NCBI GenBank assembly: GCA_947039455.1
Contig: CAMQZB010000001.1
Coordinates: forward strand, 335,877 to 399,876
Source of the DNA: an uncultured Clostridia bacterium
Lineage (GTDB): Bacteria; Bacillota; Clostridia; Christensenellales; CAMQZB01
Length of the DNA: 64,000 bases
Direction: 5' to 3'
Positions within the stretch are counted from its first letter, which is position 1, and every line of letters starts with the position of its first letter. The position numbers and the translations under genes are program-made. The notes below the pieces were generated by a model. That model searched no databases and was not told where the DNA came from. It saw only the letters and a list, made by a program, of their open reading frames with translations. Shown piece after piece: positions 1 to 8,267 of the stretch.

Positions 1-616
1 CAAATACTACTGCTGCAGAATCAGCACGTGCTTTCAATGTTACCCAACTTGGTGTGTCAAGAACAAGAACTTCTCCAACGCCTTCAATTTTGTTGGCTGT
101 CCATAGTCCTAGTTGTGATCCGCCGCCCCAGTTGTCAGCCATAACATTAGTTACCGCTCCATCTTGGAACATATCTATACAAGCATAAGGAATACCAGAT
201 TCTACGATTTTCTTCGCACCTGATGTTAAAGCACTTCCATCTCCACCAGAAATAATAATTCCGTCAACTTTGTTTGCAATGTGTGTGTCGATGGCTGCGT
301 TCATAGCAGCTGGATCTCCTGCACCATCAATTACGTTTACTTTGTATCCAGCTGTTGCGAAATGATCTTCAATGCCTTTCAATGCATTTCTGTTCCAATC
401 ATTAGCTTTGAAAAATGCTACAACACCAATTGTTTTGCCTTCGCCACGGTTAGCTGGTAATTTTGCCAAAGCTACGTCTAAATCTACGTCGCCCTCAGCT
501 ACCACTGGTGGCGGATTTGTTCCTGGCGTTGGTGTTACTGGAACTACTTGTTTACAACCTGCAAAACTGCAAAGAACCAATGCTACTACTAGTACAATAC
601 TTATTACTTTTTTCAT
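1..616 (-). CDS. Sugar ABC transporter substrate-binding lipoprotein (type I periplasmic-binding fold); C-terminal part cut by window edge
   Basis: Not in the ORF track because it runs off the window. My reverse translation from ATG 616-614 gives MKKVISIVLVVALVLCSFAGCKQ... (signal peptide + lipobox FAGC), then GKTIGVVAFFKANDWN...KVDGIIISGGDG. SD GGAGGG lies 6 nt upstream. Confidence 0.7.
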   Translation of the reverse strand, partial: MKKVISIVLVVALVLCSFAGCKQVVPVTPTPGTNPPPVVAEGDVDLDVALAKLPANRGEGKTIGVVAFFKANDWNRNALKGIEDHFATAGYKVNVIDGAGDPAAMNAAIDTHIANKVDGIIISGGDGSALTSGAKKIVESGIPYACIDMFQDGAVTNVMADNWGGGSQLGLWTANKIEGVGEVLVLDTPSWVTLKARADSAAVVF

Positions 617-650
617 ATTTTTCCCTCCATTTCATGCTTTATCTAAAGCA

Positions 651-2177
651 CTAATTACATTTTATATCAGCAATTTCACTTATAAAATCACAGACTTTCT
701 TGAATTTTTCTGTTAGCTTGCTATAAATTTCTACTCGCTCACAGTTTTTCTCCACTTTTTCAACTGACCAATTCAATTTAATAAGTGGTGTATAATCTTT
801 CCATATTCCTGTTGCAATAGCAGCTGATGCCATAGCACCAAGTGAACCTGCATTTTCGCCAACTGGTGAAGTTATTATATCGATATCATAAATATCAGCA
901 AACAACTCTCTCCAAAATTGGCTTTTTGCTCCTCCACCAACGATTAACATTTGTGGTGCCAGTTCAATTTCTTTTTTCAATTCATCAAGGGCAACTCTTA
1001 ACGCAAAACATATTCCTTCAAGAGTTGCTCTTATCATATCAGCTCTTGTATGCATTAAGTCCAATCCTGTAAATGAACCTCTACTATCTATACTTTTATC
1101 AATTGCAGTTCCGCCAGCTAAGTTCGGTGTCATCATCAATCCATTAGAACCGATTGCTGATGTACTTGCTAAACTGGTCATCTCGTCATAGGCATTGCCA
1201 CCACCATTGGCTTCTTTTGTTACAAAGTCTTGACAAATATTATCTCTCACCCATCGGAATGTATTTCCTGCTGAGAATATTGATTCCGCTGATGCGTATT
1301 TACCTTTTATCATGTGTCCGAAAACATATGGTCGACTTGTTAAACTCACTACTGGCTCACTAGAAGTAACTGCAATCCACGCTGATGTTCCAAGTGATGT
1401 GTAACACATTCCGTCTTCCACACAGCCCGCTCCTGCAGCCATGCACGCATTGTCTACGCCACCAGCTGAAATTATTGTTAAATCATTCAAGCCTAACTCT
1501 TTTGCAACATCAGGAAGTATTCTTCCAACAATATCACTTGATTCAACCATTTTTGGAAAATCACTTTCACGTAAACCCATTTTCTTGATATAGTCTCTAT
1601 CATATTCGCATTTTACTAAATCATATACACCAGAACCTGATGCGTATGAGTAATCTGTTACTAACTGTCCTGTTAATTTATAGTTCAAATAATCTTTTGT
1701 TCCAATGAAAACCTTTGCACTGTTGTACATTGATGTTTCATTGTTTTTATACCAAAGAATTTTAAATGCACTGTATAGCTTTGCAGGAAATCCATTTCCG
1801 GTTTTCAAGTACCACTCATTCTCATCAATGATTTTAAAAACTTCAAAAGCTTCATTCTCAGCTCTTGCATCAGACCAAACTGGTACGTATTCAGACAAAA
1901 GTTCTCCGTTTGCTCCAATTGGAACAACACCAAGACTGTGTCCTGAACAACCTGCACCTAAAATATCGTCTTTATTCATGTTTGCTTTCGTCAACAGATT
2001 CTTTGTGGTGCTAACAAGCATATTCCACCAATCTTCTGGACGTTGCTCACGGAAATCGTCTTTAGGATAATAAGTTTTACATTCTTCCATTGCACTTGCA
2101 ACACTTACACCATTTTCATCAAATAATGACGCTTTCATTCCGCCTGTGCCTAAATCATAAGCTATTATGTATTTCAT
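651..2177 (-). CDS. FGGY-family carbohydrate kinase (xylulokinase-like; substrate unknown)
   Basis: ORF 651..2222. FGGY signatures YDLGTGGMKASLFD (N-term) and GGGAKSQFWRELFADI (C-term). Start moved to ATG 2177 (MKYIIAYDLG), which is preceded by AAGGTGA. Confidence 0.85.
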   Translation of the reverse strand: MKYIIAYDLGTGGMKASLFDENGVSVASAMEECKTYYPKDDFREQRPEDWWNMLVSTTKNLLTKANMNKDDILGAGCSGHSLGVVPIGANGELLSEYVPVWSDARAENEAFEVFKIIDENEWYLKTGNGFPAKLYSAFKILWYKNNETSMYNSAKVFIGTKDYLNYKLTGQLVTDYSYASGSGVYDLVKCEYDRDYIKKMGLRESDFPKMVESSDIVGRILPDVAKELGLNDLTIISAGGVDNACMAAGAGCVEDGMCYTSLGTSAWIAVTSSEPVVSLTSRPYVFGHMIKGKYASAESIFSAGNTFRWVRDNICQDFVTKEANGGGNAYDEMTSLASTSAIGSNGLMMTPNLAGGTAIDKSIDSRGSFTGLDLMHTRADMIRATLEGICFALRVALDELKKEIELAPQMLIVGGGAKSQFWRELFADIYDIDIITSPVGENAGSLGAMASAAIATGIWKDYTPLIKLNWSVEKVEKNCERVEIYSKLTEKFKKVCDFISEIADIKCN

Positions 2178-2199
2178 CAAATCACCTTTAATATAATTT

Positions 2200-2937
2200 T
2201 TAATATATTGCTGTGTGAACATCGAAGTTTGCTACTAGATTAGCATCTTCAAAAACTTTTCCTTCACGTTCATACGCTTCTTTCAATATTGACAATGCTG
2301 ATTTTATGCTAATTCCAAATCTATCACAACCAGCATCAACCATTGCTTCCAAATCAGCAAGTGTGCGTACGCCGCCAGCTGCTTTGATTTTTGCACGATC
2401 ACCAACTACTTCTTTCATAATTTTAATAGTTTCAATAGTTGTAGGTTTTGATGCCCATCCAGTTCCTGTCTTAACATATGCTACACCAGATTCTACAGCT
2501 AGTTTTGAACCCATTTTAATTTCTTCATCACTAAGGTATGCTATTTCTAAAATTGACTTTACTGGAGTTGGATAAATAGCAGCTACAACTGCTTTAATAT
2601 CATTTTTCACTAACTCATAGTCTCCTGATATCAATGCACCAACATTTATTACCATATCAACTTCGTCGCAACCAAGAGCTTTCATTCTCTTTGCACATTC
2701 AACTTTTATTTCAGTTGTATCAGCTCCAGATGGGAAACCCGCTACTCCGCCAACCATTACTGTTGGAGATGTCACAAGTTCTCTTAATTGTGCTGTAAAG
2801 CAAGGCATTGCAAAAGTACACACAAAGTTGTATTTTTGAGCAATATGAGCGTTTAATTTTAACTCATCGTACGTCACATCAGTTCTCACAGAACTGATGT
2901 CAATAATTCTAGGTATTTCTTCATAACTTAATCGCAT
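2200..2937 (-). CDS. deoC: Deoxyribose-phosphate aldolase family (DeoC/DERA, class I aldolase)
   Basis: 245 aa with EVDMVINVGAL, YVKTGTGW and KAAGGVRT, typical of DERA. SD AAGGAGA upstream of ATG 2937. Confidence 0.8.
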   Translation of the reverse strand: MRLSYEEIPRIIDISSVRTDVTYDELKLNAHIAQKYNFVCTFAMPCFTAQLRELVTSPTVMVGGVAGFPSGADTTEIKVECAKRMKALGCDEVDMVINVGALISGDYELVKNDIKAVVAAIYPTPVKSILEIAYLSDEEIKMGSKLAVESGVAYVKTGTGWASKPTTIETIKIMKEVVGDRAKIKAAGGVRTLADLEAMVDAGCDRFGISIKSALSILKEAYEREGKVFEDANLVANFDVHTAIY

Positions 2938-2981
2938 TTTAATTCTCCTTTCCTAAAGGTCACTACCTTTCTTTCGTTGTA

Positions 2982-3010
2982 ATTATAACATAGTAATGTT
3001 TACTTGTCAA
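2982..3010 (-). promoter_or_regulatory. Sigma-A-type promoter of the deoC-kinase-SBP operon
   Basis: Minus strand reads TTGACA (3010-3005), 17 nt, TATAAT (2987-2982) with extended TGT. Spacer contains AACAT-N4-ATGTT. Confidence 0.55.
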
Positions 3011-3108
3011 TACTTAATTCAAAATAAATATTTATTTATCATAATGCATAAATATACAATATATTGGTGTTATTTTCATATTTTTTAGTATAAATATAAA
3101 TACATAAA

Positions 3109-3149
3109 AAGAAAGATTACCTAATCATATCTTTTAGGTAATCTTTCTT
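3109..3149 (-). terminator. Rho-independent terminator after the GntR gene
   Basis: 16-bp perfect stem AAGAAAGATTACCTAA (3109-3124) / TTAGGTAATCTTTCTT (3134-3149). Followed by a T-run on the minus-strand transcript. Confidence 0.65.
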
Positions 3150-3219
3150 TAATGTTGTTATATAGTAAAATCCACTGTATTTTCTGCGATTCATAGTCCT
3201 TTGTTGAGAATATAGGTAT

Positions 3220-3939
3220 CTATTTATTTCTTCCATATAGATCTAACTCAAATCTATACTTATCTGCTCTAATTATCAGTTTGTCGTAGGTAATTGGTAT
3301 TCCATTATCACATGTAACACGTCTTAGCGTTAATAACGCCGCACCAATTCTTACATCTAGCATTTGTGATTCAGTAAAATCAGCACTCTTTGCTGATATA
3401 ATATCCTTAGCATAGTCAATGTGGTAACCATACTCACTTTCTAAAAACTCGTAAAGTGAATTGATTTTTCCAACTTGTAATTCTAAATCTTTACAAAACT
3501 TCATGTTTATATAGTTTTCTATAATCGCTATTGGTATTCCATCGGCTAGTTGTACCCGCTGAATACGATATAGCTTCTCACCTTCATCAACATTCAATCT
3601 CATTGCTGTGCTTTTTGTTGCTTTAACAATGTCAATGTAAATACTTTTTATCGTAACAATAACACCTTTCTTTCTTAACGTTTCAGAAACTGATGTTACT
3701 CCATTTAGTTTTTGTGTAGAATTAAAGTCTATAACTTTTGTTCCTCTACCTTGCTTAACTTCTATATATCCTTCTTTTACTAGTATATCAACAACTCGTC
3801 TCACGGTCGTTCTTGACACATTGAATATTTTTTCCAATTCACCCTCTGGCGGCAAAAAATCTCCGACTTCATATTCGCCATCACGTATCAATTTTTTCAG
3901 TTTTAAATATATTTCATGATAAATTGGTGTAGCTGCCAT
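3220..3939 (-). CDS. GntR-family transcriptional regulator, HutC/UTRA subfamily
   Basis: 239 aa. N-terminal wHTH ...LPPEGELEKIFNVSRTTVRRVVDILVKEGYIEVKQGRGTKV, with a UTRA-like C-terminal half. SD AGGGGA. Confidence 0.85.
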   Translation of the reverse strand: MAATPIYHEIYLKLKKLIRDGEYEVGDFLPPEGELEKIFNVSRTTVRRVVDILVKEGYIEVKQGRGTKVIDFNSTQKLNGVTSVSETLRKKGVIVTIKSIYIDIVKATKSTAMRLNVDEGEKLYRIQRVQLADGIPIAIIENYINMKFCKDLELQVGKINSLYEFLESEYGYHIDYAKDIISAKSADFTESQMLDVRIGAALLTLRRVTCDNGIPITYDKLIIRADKYRFELDLYGRNK

Positions 3940-3968
3940 ATTAAAATCCCCTATACGTTTTTTATTTT

Positions 3969-3997
3969 ATTATAACATAATAATGTTTGTTTGTAAA
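3969..3997 (-). promoter_or_regulatory. Promoter of the GntR gene
   Basis: Minus strand: TTTACA (3997-3992), 17 nt, TATAAT (3974-3969). The 20 nt ending in the -10 match the operon promoter at 2982-3001 in 19/20 positions. Confidence 0.5.
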
Positions 3998-4116
3998 GAT
4001 ATATTTTAAAATTGATATTAGACTTAATTGATCATTATTTATAAACGTAAAAGTATATAAATTAAACATCCTACTTTTCAGCTGTTTTTTTCAAATTACA
4101 CACCTAATGGTACACC

Positions 4117-4157
<41 letters not shown>

Positions 4158-4244
4158 TTGATTATATTTTCTATTGTGTTTATCGTGTATTTCGTTAAGT
4201 TTCGTCAATATGTTTTTGTGCACCTATAATTACTTTAAGAACGA

Positions 4245-4277
4245 GAAAAAGAGCGATATTGATTTCGCTCTTTTTTT
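4245..4277. terminator. Bidirectional rho-independent terminator
   Basis: A-run, stem AGAGCGA (4250-4256) / TCGCTCT (4265-4271), T-run. Directly follows the anti-sigma stop codon at 4280. Confidence 0.7.
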
Positions 4278-4279
4278 GT

Positions 4280-5089
4280 TTAATTAAATTCAATTTCGGT
4301 AATCACTCCAGTTTCACAATTATAAATCATTGTGCCATTTTGCAAAGTTCCTTGCTTATCTGTAAATTCAAATGATACTTTCATATTTGCATTTGCGTCA
4401 ATCCACTCAATAAAATTAAGTTCTAGAGTTTCCCAACTTTCTGATGACATAATTGATGTAAATTCATCACGATAGTTCATACTCATATTAATATACCAAT
4501 TTAATTCAGCAATTTCTCCTCCTTGAATATCATCTAATTTCAGATAGCGTTCATCTTCATAGAAAACGGAAAAAATGATATAATTGCTACATGGTGACCA
4601 CTCTAAATATTCAAAATCACAACCACCATAGCTGACGTTACCATTAATTGCTCCTGTAAATTCCATCATAAAACCAACGTCTTTAGGAATCGCATATGGA
4701 ATATCTTCGGGAAAAATCCCCCTAACATCTTTATCATAAACAGTGACTGTAGTAAGTCCATCTGGTGAAATTTGTTTATCAATTACACTAAATACTCCGC
4801 TTGACCACAACGTCAATGTGATTATTGAAATTACAACCAAAGAAACTATACTAATTATTCCTATATATAAATACATATTTTTTCTTTCTATTTTTTTAAA
4901 GGGTTTTTTTGCTTTCATGTTATCTTCAATAGCTTTTGCATCTAGCGTGATACCGCTTTTCATCGATTTAAGTTCTATTTTACACGATTCGCAAGTTTCT
5001 AAATGTTTTTCTATCAGTTCACTTGTTTCAATCGAACATATTCCATCGACATATAATGGTAACATGTCTTTTATTATTTCGCATTTCAT
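4280..5089 (-). CDS. Anti-sigma factor (zf-HC2 N-terminal domain, one TM, uncharacterised ~170-aa extracytoplasmic domain)
   Basis: N-terminus ...HLETCESCKIELKSM (H-x3-C-x2-C). TM segment YLYIGIISIVSLVVISIITLTLW. Overlaps the sigma gene stop by 4 nt. Confidence 0.75.
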   Translation of the reverse strand: MKCEIIKDMLPLYVDGICSIETSELIEKHLETCESCKIELKSMKSGITLDAKAIEDNMKAKKPFKKIERKNMYLYIGIISIVSLVVISIITLTLWSSGVFSVIDKQISPDGLTTVTVYDKDVRGIFPEDIPYAIPKDVGFMMEFTGAINGNVSYGGCDFEYLEWSPCSNYIIFSVFYEDERYLKLDDIQGGEIAELNWYINMSMNYRDEFTSIMSSESWETLELNFIEWIDANANMKVSFEFTDKQGTLQNGTMIYNCETGVITEIEFN

Positions 5090-5592
5090 AAAGTATCCTC
5101 CATTTGTTCTTTTATCTTTTGCCTTGCTCTATAATAATTAACTCGAGCATAGCTCTCACTCTTCCCTACGATCTCACCAATTTCTTTAAAACTTAAATCG
5201 GAAAAATACCTTAAAACAAATACTTCTCTATATGGTTCAGGTAGATTGTGTATGATTTTGTGAATAGATACATAACTATCCCTAGTCTCAATTATCTCAC
5301 TAATTTGCAATTCTTTATTATCAAAATCAATGCCTTTTTCATTTAAGACATCTAAACTTTCCACATTATCATTCTTTTTCTTTCGCAAATGATTGTAATA
5401 ACAATGCTTGGCAATCTGACACAACCACACTGGAAATTTACAGGTTCCATTGTACTTATCAATTGACTTCACTGCTTGATAAAAGGTTTCTTGAGTAAGT
5501 TCCTCTGCTAAATCCACATCAAAAGTTAGAGCAACTAGAAATCTTTTTACATAGTCAGCATTTTCTTGATAAATGTTGTCTACTTTCTTCAA
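5086..5592 (-). CDS. ECF-type RNA polymerase sigma-70 family factor
   Basis: Region 2 (...LAEELTQETFYQAVKSIDKY) and region 4 (YREVFVLRYFSDLSFKEIGEIVGKSESYARVNYYRARQKI). The track starts at TTG 5640. I prefer TTG 5592 (LKKVDNIY) because AAAGGAGGG lies 8 nt upstream. Confidence 0.8.
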   Translation of the reverse strand: MKKVDNIYQENADYVKRFLVALTFDVDLAEELTQETFYQAVKSIDKYNGTCKFPVWLCQIAKHCYYNHLRKKKNDNVESLDVLNEKGIDFDNKELQISEIIETRDSYVSIHKIIHNLPEPYREVFVLRYFSDLSFKEIGEIVGKSESYARVNYYRARQKIKEQMEDTL

Positions 5593-5674
5593 ATATTTAG
5601 CCCTCCTTTTTTCCTTTATACTTATATATAACCAAAACAATCAATTCGTTACAAAAATTACAATATTTTTTTAT

Positions 5675-5703
5675 ATTATACCACACTACGCCTTTGCTTT
5701 CAA
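5675..5703 (-). promoter_or_regulatory. Candidate sigma-A-type promoter of the sigma/anti-sigma operon
   Basis: Minus strand: TTGAAA (5703-5698), 17 nt, TGGTATAAT (-10 at 5680-5675). Confidence 0.45.
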
Positions 5704-5744
5704 ATTTCTTATATTACTATACTTCATTTTTTATTTCATTAACT

Positions 5745-5791
5745 AAAAAAAGACCAAAAGATCGCTTTTTGCGTATCGTTTGTCTTTTTCT
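5745..5791 (-). terminator. Imperfect terminator hairpin downstream of the ABC operon
   Basis: AGACCAAAAGATCGC / GCGTATCGTTTGTCT imperfect stem flanked by an A7 and a T5 run. A U-run follows on the minus-strand transcript. Confidence 0.45.
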
Positions 5792-5813
5792 ATGCCTTAC
5801 GATAAGTTACAAT

Positions 5814-5844
5814 AAGGCACGTATAAATTAATTATACGTGCCTT
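5814..5844. other. 13-bp perfect hairpin (possible additional terminator)
   Basis: AAGGCACGTATAA (5814-5826), loop ATTAA, TTATACGTGCCTT (5832-5844). The T-run is present only in plus orientation. Confidence 0.5.
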
Positions 5845-5899
5845 AATTTTTATGTAGTTATTTGATTTTATTTATCTTAATCAGAACTGTTAACAATTC

Positions 5900-6943
5900 T
5901 TAACCGTGATAAACTAAATTCTTTTTAATCATATCTTCGATATTAGTCGCGTCATACCATGCACCAGAAATTTCTACTGTTGGTGTAATTGTTTTACCTT
6001 CAATAGCAAATACACATTGCTCAACTGCTTGGTAACCAATTTGGAATGAATCTTGAGCTACTGAACCAACTAAAACAGCTTTTCCACTAGTTTCTTTAAT
6101 CCAATCAATTTGTTTAGTTCCTGCATCAAATCCGCAGAATACTACATCGTCATATTTATCGCCTGAACTCTTGATTGCATCGTAAACTTGTTTTACAACA
6201 CCTTCATTACACATGAACAAAGCGTTTAGTCCACCATTGTAAAGAGCTTCCAAAGCTGTTTTATATGAGTTGTTAGCATCTCCATCTTTGATTTCTAGTT
6301 TGATTTCATATTTGCCTTTTGTTGTTGAATCAGCATCAGCTAATTCTTTAAATTTATCCATAAATCCTTTAGCTCTATCTACACCAGTTGATGATGTATC
6401 ATGTTGGATTACTCCTACAATATACTTTTCAGTTGATGAAGCTATGTCTGCTTTGATAGCTTCAAAGAAGTTATCAGCTGCCATAGAAGCTGCTTTCAAG
6501 TTACTTGTTGATACTAGAGATTCAATTGGATTGCTTTTTGATTTGTTTACAGCATCAATATCTTCTTGTTTTACTCCACTATCAAAGTGTACTACTGGAA
6601 TTTTGCTTTTGAACGCTTGCTCTAAGCTATCAACGAAACCAGTTCCGATAGTTGCTAGTACTAGTCCATCAACTTCTTGTGAAAGTGCAGTTGATACCAT
6701 TTCTTTTTGTGAAGGTAGGTCTTTAGCTGACTCACTTACTGGTCCTCTGAATGTGATCTCATAACCATATTTTTCACCTGCAGATTCTGCTCCAGCTTTT
6801 ACAGCTTGCCAGAATGCATGTGATTCACCTTTAGCGACTACTGCGATTTTTGGAGCTTTTTCTCCACCACACGCTGCTAAACTTGTAACTACTAGTGATA
6901 ACACTAAAGTTAATGCCAATACTTTTTTCATAATTTTTTTCAT
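5900..6943 (-). CDS. Sugar ABC transporter substrate-binding lipoprotein (RbsB-like)
   Basis: 347 aa. Signal peptide + lipobox LAAC. PBP type I pattern (KIAVVAKGESHAFWQAV...). Last gene of the ATPase-permease-SBP operon. Confidence 0.85.
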   Translation of the reverse strand: MKKIMKKVLALTLVLSLVVTSLAACGGEKAPKIAVVAKGESHAFWQAVKAGAESAGEKYGYEITFRGPVSESAKDLPSQKEMVSTALSQEVDGLVLATIGTGFVDSLEQAFKSKIPVVHFDSGVKQEDIDAVNKSKSNPIESLVSTSNLKAASMAADNFFEAIKADIASSTEKYIVGVIQHDTSSTGVDRAKGFMDKFKELADADSTTKGKYEIKLEIKDGDANNSYKTALEALYNGGLNALFMCNEGVVKQVYDAIKSSGDKYDDVVFCGFDAGTKQIDWIKETSGKAVLVGSVAQDSFQIGYQAVEQCVFAIEGKTITPTVEISGAWYDATNIEDMIKKNLVYHG

Positions 6944-7006
6944 AATTCATCCTCTCTTGATATATTTCACCTAATTATAATAATTAGATAATGTGCATTT
7001 TGTTTA

Positions 7007-8266
7007 TTATTTAACTATCTTTATATTGAATTTGTTTAGTTCTTTTGTGATTTCCGCTTTATAGGCAATCTTTTCGTTGTTTAATACGTCAAGTTCTTTC
7101 TTAAATTCAGCTTTTTTGTTAACATCTTTTTCGAATGAGAATTTTGAAACTGCTACGTCTAAAGAATTTTCAAATTTCATTAAACATTCTTTCATTGATT
7201 TTTTCAAAGTTTCTTTTGGAGTTAATATTTTAACTTTATTTGCATTCTTGTTTTTGATTGTATCCATTAATACTGCAATAACAACGATCATTCCTGTTAA
7301 TACATAAGTCAAATATGTTGAATTTAAAGGAATATTGAATGAAGATAGAACGAAGTTCAATCCACTTCTGATTACTACTAGTAATGCTGAACCGATAACA
7401 GATCCAACGATTGATGCGATACCACCAGTTGCACTTGTGCCTCCGATGTATACTCCTGCTATTGCATCAAGCTCCATTCCGTTTCCTGTAGCTGCTGCTA
7501 CTGTAGGGAAACATGCTGACCAGAATATTGCTGCTATTCCTGCGAATAAACCAGCGATTGCATATGAAATAATTTTATATTTATCTGTGTTAATTCCAGA
7601 TAATCTAGTTGCTTCTTCATTACTACCTATTGCTAAAACATATCTTCCGACTTTTGTTTTATACATAACGAACATTGCTATCAACATTAACGCAATTACC
7701 CACACTAATCCGATTGGGAATCCGTATAGATTTGAAAATGCTGAGTTGAACCATGTTTGTGTTGGATAGAATACACTTGGAATTACTACTATCAATGCTG
7801 ATAGTCCTCTTGCGAACATCATTGTTCCTAGTGTTGCGATAAACGCTGGTAGTTTTAATTTTGCAATTAATAATCCGTTGATAATACCGAAGATTAGTCC
7901 GATTATTAACATTACTGGTATTGTCATCCACAATGGCATTCCCATCATGTAAAGCTTTCCGGCTATAGCGGATGATGCAATACACACTGTTCCGATTGAT
8001 AAATCAATTCCTCCAGTTGCAATAACAAAGGTTACACCAATCGCCATAATTGCGTATGGAGCTAATGATTGTGACATACTTGTTACATTATATGAGCCTA
8101 AGAATGCTGGGCTTAAAATAGTAAATCCTAATGCTAAACCAAACAATGCTCCTAATATAATTAAATTTTGCTTTCCCTTATTTACTAATACGTCGCCTAA
8201 TTTTACACCAAATCTACGTGTTTTTCTAGACAAACATAACTTTTGATATATTGCTTTATCACTCAT
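7007..8266 (-). CDS. Sugar ABC transporter permease (RbsC/BPD_transp_2-like) with ~80-aa charged C-terminal extension
   Basis: Multi-TM core with GGIDLSIG and TGG motifs. Start moved to ATG 8266 (MSDKAIYQ), preceded by GGGAGGAAG, 1 nt after the ATPase stop. Tail is KILTPKETLKKSMKECLMKFENSLDV...KELNKFNIKIVK. Confidence 0.85.
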   Translation of the reverse strand: MSDKAIYQKLCLSRKTRRFGVKLGDVLVNKGKQNLIILGALFGLALGFTILSPAFLGSYNVTSMSQSLAPYAIMAIGVTFVIATGGIDLSIGTVCIASSAIAGKLYMMGMPLWMTIPVMLIIGLIFGIINGLLIAKLKLPAFIATLGTMMFARGLSALIVVIPSVFYPTQTWFNSAFSNLYGFPIGLVWVIALMLIAMFVMYKTKVGRYVLAIGSNEEATRLSGINTDKYKIISYAIAGLFAGIAAIFWSACFPTVAAATGNGMELDAIAGVYIGGTSATGGIASIVGSVIGSALLVVIRSGLNFVLSSFNIPLNSTYLTYVLTGMIVVIAVLMDTIKNKNANKVKILTPKETLKKSMKECLMKFENSLDVAVSKFSFEKDVNKKAEFKKELDVLNNEKIAYKAEITKELNKFNIKIVK

Positions 8267-8267
8267 T

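Noticed and set aside
1-2937. Reading the SBP / FGGY kinase / aldolase cluster as an lsr (autoinducer-2) uptake locus.
   Set aside because: LsrF belongs to the FbaB/DhnA-like aldolase group, whereas this protein has DERA (DeoC) motifs. No LsrG or LsrR-like (SorC) gene is present; the regulator is GntR/HutC.
5649-5850. Possible plus-strand sRNA or attenuator: TTACAA-17-TATATT promoter-like match, mutually exclusive hairpins GCCTTA...TAAGGC versus AAGGCACGTATAA...TTATACGTGCCTT, and a plus-orientation U-run.
   Set aside because: There is no downstream plus-strand gene to regulate. Promoter-like hexamers are frequent by chance in this AT-rich spacer. The hairpins are adequately explained as terminators of the convergent or adjacent minus-strand operons.
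7659-7985. Nested same-strand ORFs in alternative frames (7659-7985 inside the permease, 28572-28769 inside GH2, 32760-32945, 44141-44437, 31271-31495).
   Set aside because: They are entirely contained in longer, motif-supported genes. They have no SD and their translations are compositionally odd.
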